A stretch of DNA of 64,000 bases from Octopus sinensis. Its lineage: Eukaryota. Where the stretch lies: the NCBI RefSeq assembly GCF_006345805.1, contig NC_043009.1:28024001-28088000 (forward strand). The letters are read 5' to 3'. Position numbers and translations under genes: made by a program. Under the pieces are notes generated by a model. It made no database searches. It had not been told where the DNA came from and worked only from the letters and a program-made list of their open reading frames with translations. Shown piece by piece: positions 47,993 through 60,380 of this stretch (position 1 is its first letter; each line of letters begins with the position of its first letter).

Positions 47993-48170
47993 TCATCACT
48001 TAACATCCGTTTTCCATGCTGGCATGGGTTGGACGGTTTGACTGCAGACGGGCAAGAGAGGAGGCCTCACCAGGCTTCAATCTGATCTGGCAGTGTTTCT
48101 ACAACTGGATGCTCTTCCTAACGCCATCCACTCTGAGAGTGTAGTGGGTGCTTTTTACATGCCACTGCCA
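47989..48170 (-). mobile_element. RTE LINE 3' end
   Basis: catcatc..aacatccgttttccatgctggcatgggttggacgg..ctaacgccatccactctgagag. Confidence 0.8.
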
Positions 48171-48499
48171 AGATAAGCTATAAATAATGGTCATTACATA
48201 GTTTTCCTTTATTGGAGGAAATTTGGCTTACAGATATTTCCAGTAATTATTGACAGGTTTATTCAATTGGTCTAAGGATAGGGGAAGGGGCCAACTTTAT
48301 AGAAGTAGGGGTATAGGATGGCTGAAATTTGGGAAAAGGACAGTCAAAACATCAGTGTTTGAAGTCAGGTCAGCACACATGAACATAACAGCATTGTTTA
48401 TAGATTAGATATTCTCCAACTGCTGTGCTGAAATATGATATGGGCCATTTATTTATATACATGCTCAACCCAAGTCTTTAATATTTGGTCATTGGTGTT

Positions 48500-48668
48500 A
48501 TCCTCCTCCCCTTCCTCTTCCACCTCCTCCTCCTCCTCCTCCTCCTCCTCATCATCATCACCATCACCATCACCACCACGACCACTACCACGACCACCAC
48601 CTCCACGAACGTCACCATTACCACCACCATCACCACCACCACCACCACCACCATCATCCTCATCCTCT
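48500..48668. repeat. (CCT)n-(CAT)n-(CAC)n microsatellite
   Basis: Direct reading. Confidence 0.95.
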
Positions 48669-49711
48669 AATGAAAGCAAGACCTTTATAGATATGATAAG
48701 AGAGAAAAAAGGTAGTTAGGCCTGTGGATGTAAAGTGGAGAGACTTGTTTAACCCTTTAACACTGCCATACCAGCTGTGTCAATTTTTTTTTACTCTCTT
48801 CCATGAAAACATGTCTGGCCATTGTGCTACTGTGTTTGAAGAAATAGGAGAGTAATTACATCTTGTAAGGAAGCAGGTAATGGCTGGTAACAAGTAAGGG
48901 TACTTGGCCACAGAAAATCTCTTTCTACAGATTCCATTTCACTTTTTGAAGTTTGGAATAATGGACATTTTACCCTGTTATCAGCCTGACCGTGACTGTC
49001 CCTCATTCTAGGATACAAACTTTTAGTTTTAAATTAAAACGCTCCATCAAAATTTTATATTAACAACAGCTTTATAATGAAAAAGTTATTTTATAAGATC
49101 CTTCATTATTTTTCAAATTTACTGCAAATAAGCAAGGTTTCAAGCAAAAACGTGGTAATGAAAGGATAACAACGATGATAAGCCTGAAGTGTGACAGAAA
49201 CCTCAAAGAATAAATGAAAAATGACTAACAAGTTTTGTGAGCTGTAAAATAGTAAAATGGTTCTTACAGAATGTAATTTCTACCAAAATTAAAACAGTTC
49301 CATAGTTTTATTCTAAGACATTATACACATGATTACTAGTGGTTGTGGTGGTACTGGTAGCAGGAGGGATAGTGACAAGGCTTTTAAGATTTATCAAATC
49401 CATGGTAAATCTGAAAAGAAGGAAAGTAAAAACAAAATATCGGTAAATATATTTGTAGTTATAATGGCAAGAATTTACATTATTTTCCAAATAACGTACA
49501 AGAATTGGGTTTCAAGAAAACTGTTGTTAAGGAAAATTAAAAAGAAATACAACTTTAATTAATTTTATTTCGCTGCTATTTGGAAATGACAACAACTCTA
49601 CTCTCATTTAATTATTAATGCCAAAACTCATTACAAATGATTATTACCATATCTTTTTAACTTCTGCGATAATTAATCTTATATATGCAGCAGTCTTTAA
49701 AAGGAATTTAA

Positions 49712-50369
49712 TTTTCTTCCTCATTAATCCTCACCAAAACTGATCTTTCTGCTTTGTATAATCTTTGAAAATTGATATTTAAAAAAAAAAAGTTAATTCT
49801 AATTTTAACATTAAACCTATTTACATGGATTTATTTTACTGGTGAGTGATTTCTTCGTCATCGATGATAGCTATTTGACACCACTCTTGATACATTATCT
49901 TTTACCTTCCCAAATTAAATCAGAAATACTCATTAATTTGTCAGTAACATGCTCCAAACATGTAATTTAGTTTTTAGCTTGTGCGACTGCCAAATATTTA
50001 TGAACTCTTTCTTGGAAATTTCTATAAATAAAGGAATTTATTTTCTTCCTCATTAATCCTCACCAAAACTGATCTTTCTGCTTTGTATAATCTTTGAAAA
50101 TTGATATTTAAAAAAAAAAAGTTAATTCTAATTTTAACATTAAACCTATTTACATGGATTTATTTTACTGGTGAGTGATTTCTTCGTCATCGATGATAGC
50201 TATTTGACACCACTCTTGATACATTATCTTTTACCTTCCCAAATTAAATCAGAAATACTCATTAATTTGTCAGTAACATGCTCCAAACATGTAATTTAGT
50301 TTTTAGCTTGTGCGACTGCCAAATATTTATGAACTCTTTCTTGGAAATTTCTATAAATAAAGGAATTTA
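49712..50369. repeat. Apparently exact 329-bp tandem duplication
   Basis: 49712-50040 equals 50041-50369; aaggaattta(a)ttttc recurs at 49701, 50031 and 50360. Confidence 0.9.
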
Positions 50370-50560
50370 TTTTCAATGAAATTTCATCATCACTGTATGT
50401 CTTCTTGACCAAACACAAGAGCCAAATGTTATAATCCCACTAAAACAACATCAGGTAATACACATTGATGCTCATTTACTGACAAGAAGGGTCAATTGCT
50501 TGAGTTGTCCTCTAGATAAATTGCCGGTGATATTTGTCTGCTTCTTAAATTTTGGTATCA
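50230..50560 (-). pseudogene. Possible decayed LINE AP-endonuclease remnant
   Basis: One frameshift restores VVLVG-DYNIWLL, followed by INSFIYRNFQERV..ITCLEHVTDK, resembling the GDFNI and TxLDH motifs of APE domains. Weak evidence. Confidence 0.3.
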
Positions 50561-51563
50561 TTCCTCTACTTCACAAATTTAATTATTTGTTATATTTAAC
50601 ATCCTGCAAAATGACAAAACAAAAAAAAAAAGGAAAACAAAATGCTTCAATGATTCTCGAACAATTATGTGATGCCAATATAAAAATTTTAATAATATAC
50701 CATCGAGCATTTGTTTGTGCTCCCATAATATAAAGGAAACATTTGATGCCACATCAACTTTTATAGCAATATTAAGGTAGCATAATTTAAAGATATTTAT
50801 ACGAACTTTGCTTCATGGATTAGAATTGCAAATTTTAAAACATTTTAGCCTGAATACATGATTCAACACGCTACCTAACTTAATGGAAATTGCTCATTTT
50901 TAAAGCAACAAGGCTCTTTTTCTAGTTGGAGTGACTGAAGCAAGTAGAGTTTTATGTGTCTTGCTTTAAACTCATTGGAATATTTGCATCAAGGATGCAA
51001 ATATTCTCTCGACTTAGGAATCCAGATTTCTAACATTTTAATTCGTTAAAGTGATTATATTATTAAGATATTACCATTTAATTGATCTCAGCCCATTATC
51101 TCCTCAGTTTATACCACGATATATGCTATACAGCATCTTTAGTATAACTTAATTTTTATAACAACTCCTTAAAAAATGGAATTGGTTTCCAGTAAGAAAT
51201 GGTTAAATTATTGCTCGACATCAAAAAAAGTTCTACAACATCAAAATAATATAAGTTCTTATTTTAAGGACCAACATTTTCAATGGCTGCATTTTCCTCT
51301 TATTTCTGGTAGATTTTTAGTTTTATTTTTGCTTCATTTTAGACATAGATATTTTCTTTCTATATTATCTGTTTCTATTTTCTACCTGTAATTAGGTATA
51401 CGACTGTGTGGTTAAGAAGTCTGTTTCATGACAATGCACTTCAGGGATCAGTTCTCCTGAATAGCATCTTAGGCAGATATCTTTTACTATAGACCCAGGC
51501 CATCGTGAGTGAACTCAGCAGACACAAACTGTAGAAAACATGTCATACCTATCTCTCTCTCTT

Positions 51564-51603
<40 letters not shown>

Positions 51604-51635
51604 ATGATTATGTATATATGCTTATATACATATTA

Positions 51636-51800
51636 CAGTAGTGGCTGTGTAGTAAGTAACTTGCTTACCAACCATATAGCTCTGTGTTCAGTTCCACTGC
51701 GTGGCACCTTGAGCAAGTGTTTTCTACTATAACCGGGGGCTTACCAAAGGCTTGTGAGTAGATCTGGTAAATGGAAACTGAATGAAGCCTGTTGTATATG

Positions 51801-51842
<42 letters not shown>

Positions 51843-52085
51843 TATTTATATATTTATATATGTACGTGTGTATATGTTTGTGTGTCTATGTTTGCCCCCC
51901 CCATCGGTTGACAACCGATGTTGGTGTGTTTACATTTCTGTAACTTAGTAGTTTAACAAAAGAGATCGATAGAACAAGTTCTAGGCTTACAAAGAATAAG
52001 TCCTGGGGTCGATTTGCTCGACTAAATGCCATGCTCCAGCATAGCCACAGTAAAATGACTGAAACAAATAAAAGAATAAAAGAAC
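51636..52085 (+). mobile_element. SINE family B, full length (another 5' half at about 51395-51545)
   Basis: gtggctgtgtagtaagtaacttgcttacc head through gtcgatttgctcgactaaa..ccagcatagccacag tail. Confidence 0.85.
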
Positions 52086-52435
52086 ACACATATATATATA
52101 TATTATATACAAGTATGAAGAAATACATACAAGTGTGTGCACACATGCACACACGAGGTGTATGTGCATTCATGTGTTTCTTAAGAACTGCACTCTTCAA
52201 TGAGCAATCTTGTTGTAATTTCTCATTACAAACAGCTATCACCTCAGTTTGTGGCTTTAAAGCCATGTGAAATAAGAGAATACTGGGAAAATGAGTAAGA
52301 GTTAGTGACAGGGAGAGCGTCCAGCCGCAAAGCAATACATCAATAGTATATTTCTCTAAGCCATGCAAGCATGGAACAATCAGGCATACAATAAACAAAC
52401 GAATGAATGAAACCATTTTGTCAACTTAGATGATG

Positions 52436-52832
52436 CAGGTGTGGGTGTGTGGACAAGGAGCTTGCTCTCCAGTCATGTGTTTTTGGGTTCAGTCATGCTG
52501 CACAGCACCTTGGTCTTAGATATGTATCTTCTACTATAGCCCTCGGAGTGGATTTGGTAAACTGTAAAAAGCCTGTCATATTTATGTGCATATAAAGAAA
52601 CACCAGTTGTCAAGTGATGTGTGTTTATATGTACTAACACACACATACACACACACACACACAACAGACTTCTTCCGATGGACTTCTTTCTATTTCCATC
52701 TACTAAATCCATCTACTAAAGGATTTGGTCAAATCAAGGCTATAGCCGAAGACACTTGCCCAAAGTGGCATGCAGTGGGACTGAACCTGGGACCATGTGG
52801 CTGCGAAGCCAACTTCTTACCACACAGCCATG
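52436..52832. mobile_element. Inverted pair of SINE family B 5' halves (+ 52436-52620, - 52625-52832)
   Basis: Head at each outer end in opposite orientation. Confidence 0.75.
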
Positions 52833-53521
52833 TATATGTGTCTGTGTCTACCCCTGCCTAGAAATTACATGATGGTTGTAAATGACGATGATGATGATGA
52901 CCATCATCGTCGTCGTCATCGTTGTCACCACCACCATCATCGTCATCATCATCATCATCATACAAGCAAGTGTTCTGTGATAAACATATCTGCTCCTGAG
53001 GAAATCTTATCTTTTTTTGGAATCGGAGGGAGTGACATAAGTGTTATCTGGATGTAGAAGATTTGTCTCAACAAATTCCACCTGGCCCATGTAATCAAGG
53101 AAAATTAGATGAGTAATGATGATGGTGATGATGATGATGATGATTATGATGATGATGATGATGATGCAGCAGAAAAATTTACTACTCCTGCCAAAGTACT
53201 CAGAACCTCAAGAGCTGGAACAAATGTCAGAAGAAATTCTGTACAGAACTTTAATAATTCTGTTCTGGAAGGGTGCTTTGATTTTCATTGACCCCCACAG
53301 AAGGATCAAAGAGAAAGTTGACATTAATGAGGTTTGAACCTAGAATATATAGAACTAAAATTAATACTGCAAGAGATTTTGTCCTGCACACTGTTGTGAA
53401 GATTTGAAACCTAACCACCAGATATTTGATCTGAACATCATGAGTAAACCACCGTAGTTTCACATGGTCAGTCTATAAATTGACCAATCAATATCAGGCT
53501 GTGATGTGATAAGGTTTTCTC

Positions 53522-53675
53522 AAATGTTCTAAAATTTGGTTTCTGGTCCTCTATAAAAAGTATTTGGTGCATAGATTATGGAGTGCTGATGCCACAGATT
53601 GCCTTGGAGATTTGTGCAGACAACTTTGTGTATTTTTGCATGTTTCAACACAGATAGCTTTCTATATATTCAGAG
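53522..53675. repeat. Direct repeat of 55778-55940, probable Penelope-type terminal repeat segment
   Basis: aaatgttctaaaatttggtttctggtcctctataaaa..gctgatgccacagattgcctt..gatagctttctatatattcagag shared. Confidence 0.8.
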
Positions 53676-54197
53676 CAGTTTTCTCTCTCTCATTTGGCAA
53701 TTATTAATATTGTTCATTGTAAATAGCCAACACCAAATATCTTTATGTCCAGCAATAAATATTTCCATTAAATATTTACGAATTTGCTTCAATTGTTATT
53801 CATGCAGCCAACGAAATACATCTTTATTGACCAGCTCAACTCCAGTGATGGTGAATCATCTAGTGACAACACCAAGGGTCTTGTTAGTCCACTTCTCTGT
53901 TGTGGCGATTTGTTACAGGGACATCAGAAAAGATCAGAGGTAACAGTGACCTAGATGGGATTTGAACTCAGAGCATAAAAAAAAGGCCAGAACAAATACT
54001 TAAAGAAACTTTGTCCAACACTCCAGTGATTTTGCCAATCTGGAATGATTGCTAATTTAATTTATTGATGACAAAGAAGAAAAAAAAGGTGAATAAAGTT
54101 TAGGATTGATTTCAGCAGGAATTGAACCCAGAACATCAATGTAAGTCATTTTCTCCAATACTCTACTGAGTAGTGATGACAATATATTACTATAGAT

Positions 54198-54464
54198 CAG
54201 TGTTTCTGACTCCTTTTTTGGCTGTGGACCTCTTTTATTCTTATTTTACTTGGATGGACTCTCATAGCCATTTGATAGTTAAAAATGTCCTCTTATATTT
54301 TTATACTTAAATATTATTAGCCATTGTACAAAACGAAATTGTCAAAATATTCTGAGTACTGTAGAAATATATACAATTTATTGCTTGTGAATTTTAACAA
54401 CAAAATCTTACGTAGACCCCCACTCCCGCCCCAGGGTCATATGGACCCCAGGTGAGAACTGCTG
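54198..54464. mobile_element. hAT-type MITE with 8-bp TSD
   Basis: cagtgtttctgac / gtgagaactgctg termini; flanks ctatagat and ccatagat (7/8). Confidence 0.8.
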
Positions 54465-54699
54465 CCATAGATCATCTCAGAACAAATGAAAATAACGATT
54501 AAATTAAATTAATTTTACAAATTGTAACAGACTTATTTTATGAGGCATTGTAAAAAAAAATGCATTCCTCGTTAATTGTTTATCATAGTCATAAAAGTGC
54601 AACAAAATATTCTGAGGAGAGCTCTAATTAATTTTTAATTAAATAATTCTCATTACTCAGAAATGGATAAATACACTGTTACCTATTTCTACACAGCAC

Positions 54700-55050
54700 C
54701 ATTTGCGTGTGATCATCACCAGCGTCACCTTACCAGCACATGTGCTGGTGACACGGGAAAAACAACATTCAAGTGTGGGCGTTGCTAGGACCACCAGACT
54801 GGCTCCCATGCAGGTAGCATGTAAAAAACACCTTTTGAGTGTAGACCTTGCCAAAACCGCCTGACTGGCTCTTGTGCTGGTGGCATGTAAAAGCACCCAC
54901 TACACTCTCAGAGTGGTTGGTATTAAGAAGGGCATCCATCTGTAGAAACTTTGCCAGATCAGTTTGAGCCTGGTGCAGCCTTCTGGCTCACCAGTCCTCA
55001 GTCCAACCGTCCAACCCATTCCACCTTGGAAAGCAGACGTTAAACAACGA
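54700..55050 (+). mobile_element. RTE LINE 3' end with (GAT)n tail
   Basis: Same family as 10535-10902. Confidence 0.8.
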
Positions 55051-55224
55051 TAATGATGATGATGATGATTAGATTCATACAGAATTTCTTCCTTCTTTTT
55101 TTCTTTCTTATTTCCAAAGTATAACCAACTTCTGACTATAAATTCATTGTTAATTCAATTATATTTTTGGCCTTGCCTCCTACTACACCCCACCAAGAAA
55201 AGAAAATGTTGCTTACTTCATATC

Positions 55225-55602
55225 TTATATTTGTTTCAGTCGTTGGACTGTGGCCATGCTGGAGCACCACCTTGAAGGGTTTAGCCAGACAGGTTGACCC
55301 TAGTATTTATATCTTTTAAGCCTGGTACTTATTCAGTTGGTTTCTTTTTGGTGAACTGCTAAGTTGTCATGTGATGGTTGGGGAACAAATACAAATGCTA
55401 AGACACACACACACACATACACACACACACACATGCACTGGGCTTCTTTCAGTTTCTCTCTGCTAAATCCACTCATATGACCTCGAGGATCAAACATGGA
55501 CTATAATAGACAACACTTGCTCAAGGTGCCATGCAGTGGGACTGAACCTGAGACCTTGCTGTTGGAAAGCAAGCCTCTTACCACACAGCCACACCTTTGC
55601 CT
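55225..55602 (-). mobile_element. SINE family B, full length
   Basis: Tail ggccatgctggagcacc through head ccacacagccacacctttgcc. Confidence 0.85.
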
Positions 55603-55688
55603 ATATATAAAATAAAAACTTTTCAATTTAGACAAGCAATTTTGAAGAGAAAACGTTTAGTTGACTCCATCAGCTGGCAGTAGTAGAC

Positions 55689-55760
<72 letters not shown>

Positions 55761-55777
55761 TATTATAAAGTTTTTTA

Positions 55778-56620
55778 AAATGTTCTAAAATTTGGTTTCT
55801 GGTCCTCTATAAAAACCAATTGGTGCATAGCTTATGGAGCGCTGATGCCACAGATTGCCTTAGCGATTTGTGCAGACGGCTTTGTGTATTTTTGGACTGA
55901 TTGCATGTTTGCACACAGATAGCTTTCTATATATTCAGAGATGAAATTCTCCTGCCATTATATTCATCCCTCCTGGGTGTGATGTTAATAATTCACAAAC
56001 ATATTTCTCCTTATGCATTTTGAGGACTGAAAGTGTAGCAGATTCAGAATATTTTCTGAGAATATGCACTTACAAGTCTTTTTCAAAATTTGAAGCTGTT
56101 CGAAATAAAATGTTCAGCAAGTTCTGTTGAACAACTGTTATTGTGCCTGACGTCATATCTGTGCCCATTGAATCTCTTGTTTAATTGTTCTGTTGTACAA
56201 CCAGCATAAAGTTGTGTTTGGTGCATTCTGCTGCATACACCAAATGGGAATCTCTACCTGTCCCACCTTTCATGTAAATCATAATATTTCTGTTATGATT
56301 CTTGATAGAATTGACTAAACTCATGTTGTTGCACAATGAACGAGGCTTACCTCTCTTGCAGCTGGTTTTCAAGGTACAGTGTGCAGAAACTCCAATGTTA
56401 GTTTTCTTGGAGTCAGAAGCTGTTCTTTTATATTTTTATTCTTTTTAAAGGCTACAATAGGTGGCTGAGGAAATATACATTTGAAACGAAGATATTCTTC
56501 CACAACATCCTGGTAACTTTCATGCAACACTTTTGAAATGCCAGCAAAATTCCAGTACCAGTTAATCACTAAAGAAATTCTGTCACATATTGTACTTTGG
56601 TTGCTAAAATTATGCATGAA
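55778..56620 (-). mobile_element. Penelope-like element, degenerate GIY-YIG endonuclease region plus 3' repeat
   Basis: With frameshifts reads FKCIFPQPPIVAFKKNKNIKEQLL..HLVYAAECTKHN/LYAGCTTEQLNKRFNGHRYDVRH..ELAEHF, the PLE RT-EN linker and GIY-YIG layout. Confidence 0.8.
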
Positions 56621-56841
56621 AGTTTGACTTTCCTTGCTAATCTAAGCCATGTCATTTACTATTTTCTTTAATCATGATTCACTGTAACCATGTTTGAAAT
56701 AATGGTGTACAAAGCATTTGCATGTTTCTAGTAATACCCTATATCAGTACAAATCCATTTTATCCTCAAAAATGGGATTTCAGAATTTGATCTAATTATA
56801 TGATGTGGATGATCGGAGTGGAGGTGGAGGTAAATGTGAGA

Positions 56842-56910
56842 TGACTTAGTCTTGCAAAATAACTCTGTCTGGAGGCAGAATAGTGAGAGTTATTTTGCAA
56901 GACAATGTCA
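56842..56910. other. 69-nt hairpin with a perfect 18-bp stem
   Basis: gtcttgcaaaataactct (56849-56866) pairs with agagttattttgcaagac (56886-56903); outer tgac/gtca also pair. Confidence 0.7.
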
Positions 56911-57904
56911 AGCCCAAAACGTGATAAATACTAGGGCAAAGTCATTTTCTACATGTTTCCCTGGTACATTAACCTGCAACCAAAATCCACAAGACAGCAT
57001 ATTATATCTGGAGAGAAAATAACCTTAGCTTTGAAGTAAATTTGGATCCAGACATTCTCACTAATTGAAAGAGATATATTCATGAAATATTTGATATATT
57101 CTCAAAACAGACTTATATCAGATATAGGAATAAAATAGGCATAAAAAAAAAGATACGAAATAAAGTTTAAAGAAGAAAAGACAAATAAAGACATTTATAT
57201 TACTAAAATGCAAGAATAAAAACATTGAGAACATAAATCATGTTCAATCACCAAGGTAGACTTAGCACATGCAAAGCAAAGAAAACATATAAAACAAACA
57301 GCAACAAAAATCAAATTGTAGTGAAGCTATAGAAAACTAAGTAAATGAATAAAAGAAAAAATATAAAGAAAATCAAAAAAAAGAAAGAAAGAGGGAAAAG
57401 AAGATATGAGAAGTGAAGAAGTAAACAAGCCTAAGATTTAATGAAGGATGCTGTAGAAGGAAAAGAAGGATAAGAAATAAACGAAGCATCACTAAGCTAG
57501 ATTGGAGAGGTCTGCAAGAATACAGTACCATGACATTTCACTGATAACCATATAGCACAATAAATATAGGTAGATTTGGTTAGTGGATTAGATAATTCTT
57601 CTTCATACACACACACACACACACACACACGTATATATGTATGTAAAACTTTGTTTTTTGTTTTTGTTTTCTTAATTTATAATTGTTTTTTTTCTTCTTC
57701 TTATCGTTCTGTCTTATACATTAAGACCTGATAGAAAAGTGTATTCTTATATGCGGCTCAGAACTACTTCAGCTATTACTGTGGCAGAAGAACAACATCT
57801 ATAAATTAAATAAGAAATGCAGGGAAGGGGAAAAGAAACCGAAGGAAAAATAAAAACAGCAATGAAATGTTTTGGTAGTAAATTCCTTGTGCATTGTATA
57901 TTTA

Positions 57905-57945
57905 TCATCATCGTCGTCATCATCATCCTCATCATCACCACCACC

Positions 57946-57998
<53 letters not shown>

Positions 57999-58175
57999 TG
58001 CCACCACCTCCACCATCATCATCATTATCATCATCACCACCATCATCACCACCACCAACATCATCATCACCATCATCATCACCACCATCATTGTCATCAT
58101 CGTTATTATTATTATTATCATTATCATCATCATTATTACTATTACTATTACTATTACTATTACTATTATTATTAC

Positions 58176-58233
<58 letters not shown>

Positions 58234-58265
58234 GTTGTTGTTGTTGTTGTTATTGTTATCATTAT
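57905..58265. repeat. (CAT)n-(CAC)n-(TAT)n composite microsatellite (a further (AAT)n tract at 58400-58555)
   Basis: Direct reading. Confidence 0.95.
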
Positions 58266-58406
58266 TATTATTTTTGTCGTGGCAAAGAACGATGCAAATA
58301 TAACAAAAAATAACTAGAAAAAAACACAAATATATGCTAAGAACTACAAGATAAATTACTAATGAAGGATTTGAGAAATGTTACAATAAACAGAATGTAT
58401 ATAATA

Positions 58407-58451
<45 letters not shown>

Positions 58452-58869
58452 GTAATAATAATAATAATAACAATAATAATAATGATAATGATAATAATAT
58501 TAATAATAATAATGATAGTAATAATAATAGTAATAATAATAATAATAATAATAGCAACAAAACCAAATGAAAATCAAGCAAGCAGGATAAACAGAGTGTT
58601 GAAAAAAACAACAACAAACCGCAGAAGAGAATAGCATAATACTGAGTATTGTTTTATTTGGAAAGAGACAAATAAATGACAAAAATATATGAAAATATTG
58701 ATACAAATAAATTAACAGAAATACAAGAAAACAATTTTGGTTTCTTTATTTACTTCATAATATATATAAAAGGAAATGGATTCTGAAGATTATGGCAAAA
58801 AAAAAGAAAAACATTTGCTTACAGAGAAGAAGAATAATCGTAAAAGAAAATGTTATCTAATGTACCTCT

Positions 58870-59375
58870 ACTGTGTGTGCATGTGTATGTGTGAGTGTGT
58901 TTGTACCAGTTAGTTTGTACGTGTGTGTGTGTGTGTATGCATGCATATGTGTGTGTGAATGTGTGCGTATGTGTGTGTGTTTGTGTATGTGTGTGTGTGT
59001 GTGCTTTTGTGTGTGCATATTGTGTATATGTGTGCTTGTGTGTGTGTGTGTTTGCGTGTGAGTCAATGGGTGTGTGTTTGCGCAAGTGTGAACATTTATG
59101 TGTCTGTGTCTGTGCTTGTGTGTATGTATGTGTTTGTGTGTGTGTTTGTCAGTGTATGTGTGTGTGAATGAGTATGAGCATGTGTGTATGTGTGTATGTA
59201 TGTGCATGTGTGCTTCTGTGCATGTTTGCATGTGTATGTGTATGTGTGTGCAATGCCTGTGTGTCTATGCATTTGTGTGTGAGCATGTTTATGTGTATGC
59301 AATGTCTGTGTATTTATGCATATGTGTATATGTGTGTGAGCATGTCTATGCCTATGTGTGCGTGTGTGTGTGTGA
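58870..59375. repeat. Degenerate (TG)n tract
   Basis: Direct reading. Confidence 0.95.
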
Positions 59376-59859
59376 AAATCCTGATGGAGAAAATTGGCTG
59401 GGAAAGAAAAGATCTTTTGCTTAAGATTTATAAGAAATGTACTACAATACTTCAGTGCATTCGCTCTCCAAATTATGTTTTGTTTCATTAAACAGGCACC
59501 AAAAAATGCACTCTGGTTCCTGCGATAAACTAAAGAAGTCAGCTATCTCTTAGAAAGGTGTTTGGTTTTCTTGCCAACATTCTTCTGCCTTTAAGTTCTG
59601 TACGATGTAAGATACGATATTGTATTTTGGATTATCACATTCACCGACAACACTGGGTCGATTTCAAAACTGGCAGCTTTAATTTTCGAGAAATGAAGAC
59701 CCAAAGAATAAGAAAAAGTAAAATGGAAATTAAAAAAAATTAAAAAAATAAAGAATAAAGGATAACAACTTGATTGCAGTGTGGAGTTCTAAATCATTGC
59801 TGGATCAATTTGAAGAAGAAAACACAAATGAAGGTGAATCCTTTTATTATTGGTATTAC

Positions 59860-60055
59860 TAGGGCGATGTGTTGGCACAATGCTTGAATTTGTCTGAATC
59901 TTTATATCCTGAGTTCAAATCTTGTTAAGGTTAACTTTTGCTTCTTATCTTTCAGAATTAAGAAAATAAAAAGCCACTTAAGTACTTGAGTTGATGGCAT
60001 CAACTAACATTCTTCCCTCAAAATATCTGGCCTTGTGCCAAAATTTGAAACCACT
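59860..60055 (+). mobile_element. SINE family A, degenerate
   Basis: ctgagttcaaatc..ggccttgtgccaaaatttgaaacca. Confidence 0.6.
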
Positions 60056-60164
60056 ATTGATAACACTTCCTGCTTGTTTAAGTATTCTACAAATTAACTT
60101 AACTGCATAGTAATAGTAGTAGTAGTAGTAGAAAAAATTATCTTCTTGAGTTATGTTGATTCAT

Positions 60165-60380
60165 AAAGGCCAGTTTGCCGGTTCTGTAGCACTTAGATTC
60201 CCCTCCTGGATGGGACACCGGTCCATCACAAGGTTACTCACTTTTACCAGCTGAGTGGACGGGAGCAATGTGAAAGGAAGAGTTTTGCTCAAGAGCAAAA
60301 TACATGGCCAAGCCCAGGAATTGAAACTACAATCTTATGATCATGAGTCCAACACTCTAACCACTAATTCATGCACCTTC
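60165..60380 (-). mobile_element. tRNA-type SINE (family C-like head)
   Basis: cagctgagtggacgggagcaatgtgaaa..ccaggaattgaaac..ctaaccactaa. Confidence 0.7.

Noticed and set aside
53440-53500. Hammerhead-like words (ctgata..tggtca/tgacca..gaaac) on the minus strand next to the PLE-type repeat
   Set aside because: The core spacing is too distorted to call from one copy.
29569-53939. Plus-strand open exon candidates at about 29569-29655, 35352-35534, 45894-45976 and 53808-53939
   Set aside because: No recognisable homology and phases do not chain convincingly. Such candidates appear on both strands at similar frequency, which shows how easily they arise by chance and is why the minus-strand candidates are scored low.
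182-59491. Dozens of ORFs rich in YI, HT, CV, poly-I, poly-N, poly-D or poly-H
   Set aside because: Direct translations of (TA)n, (CA)n, (TAA)n, (CAT)n and (TATC)n microsatellites.
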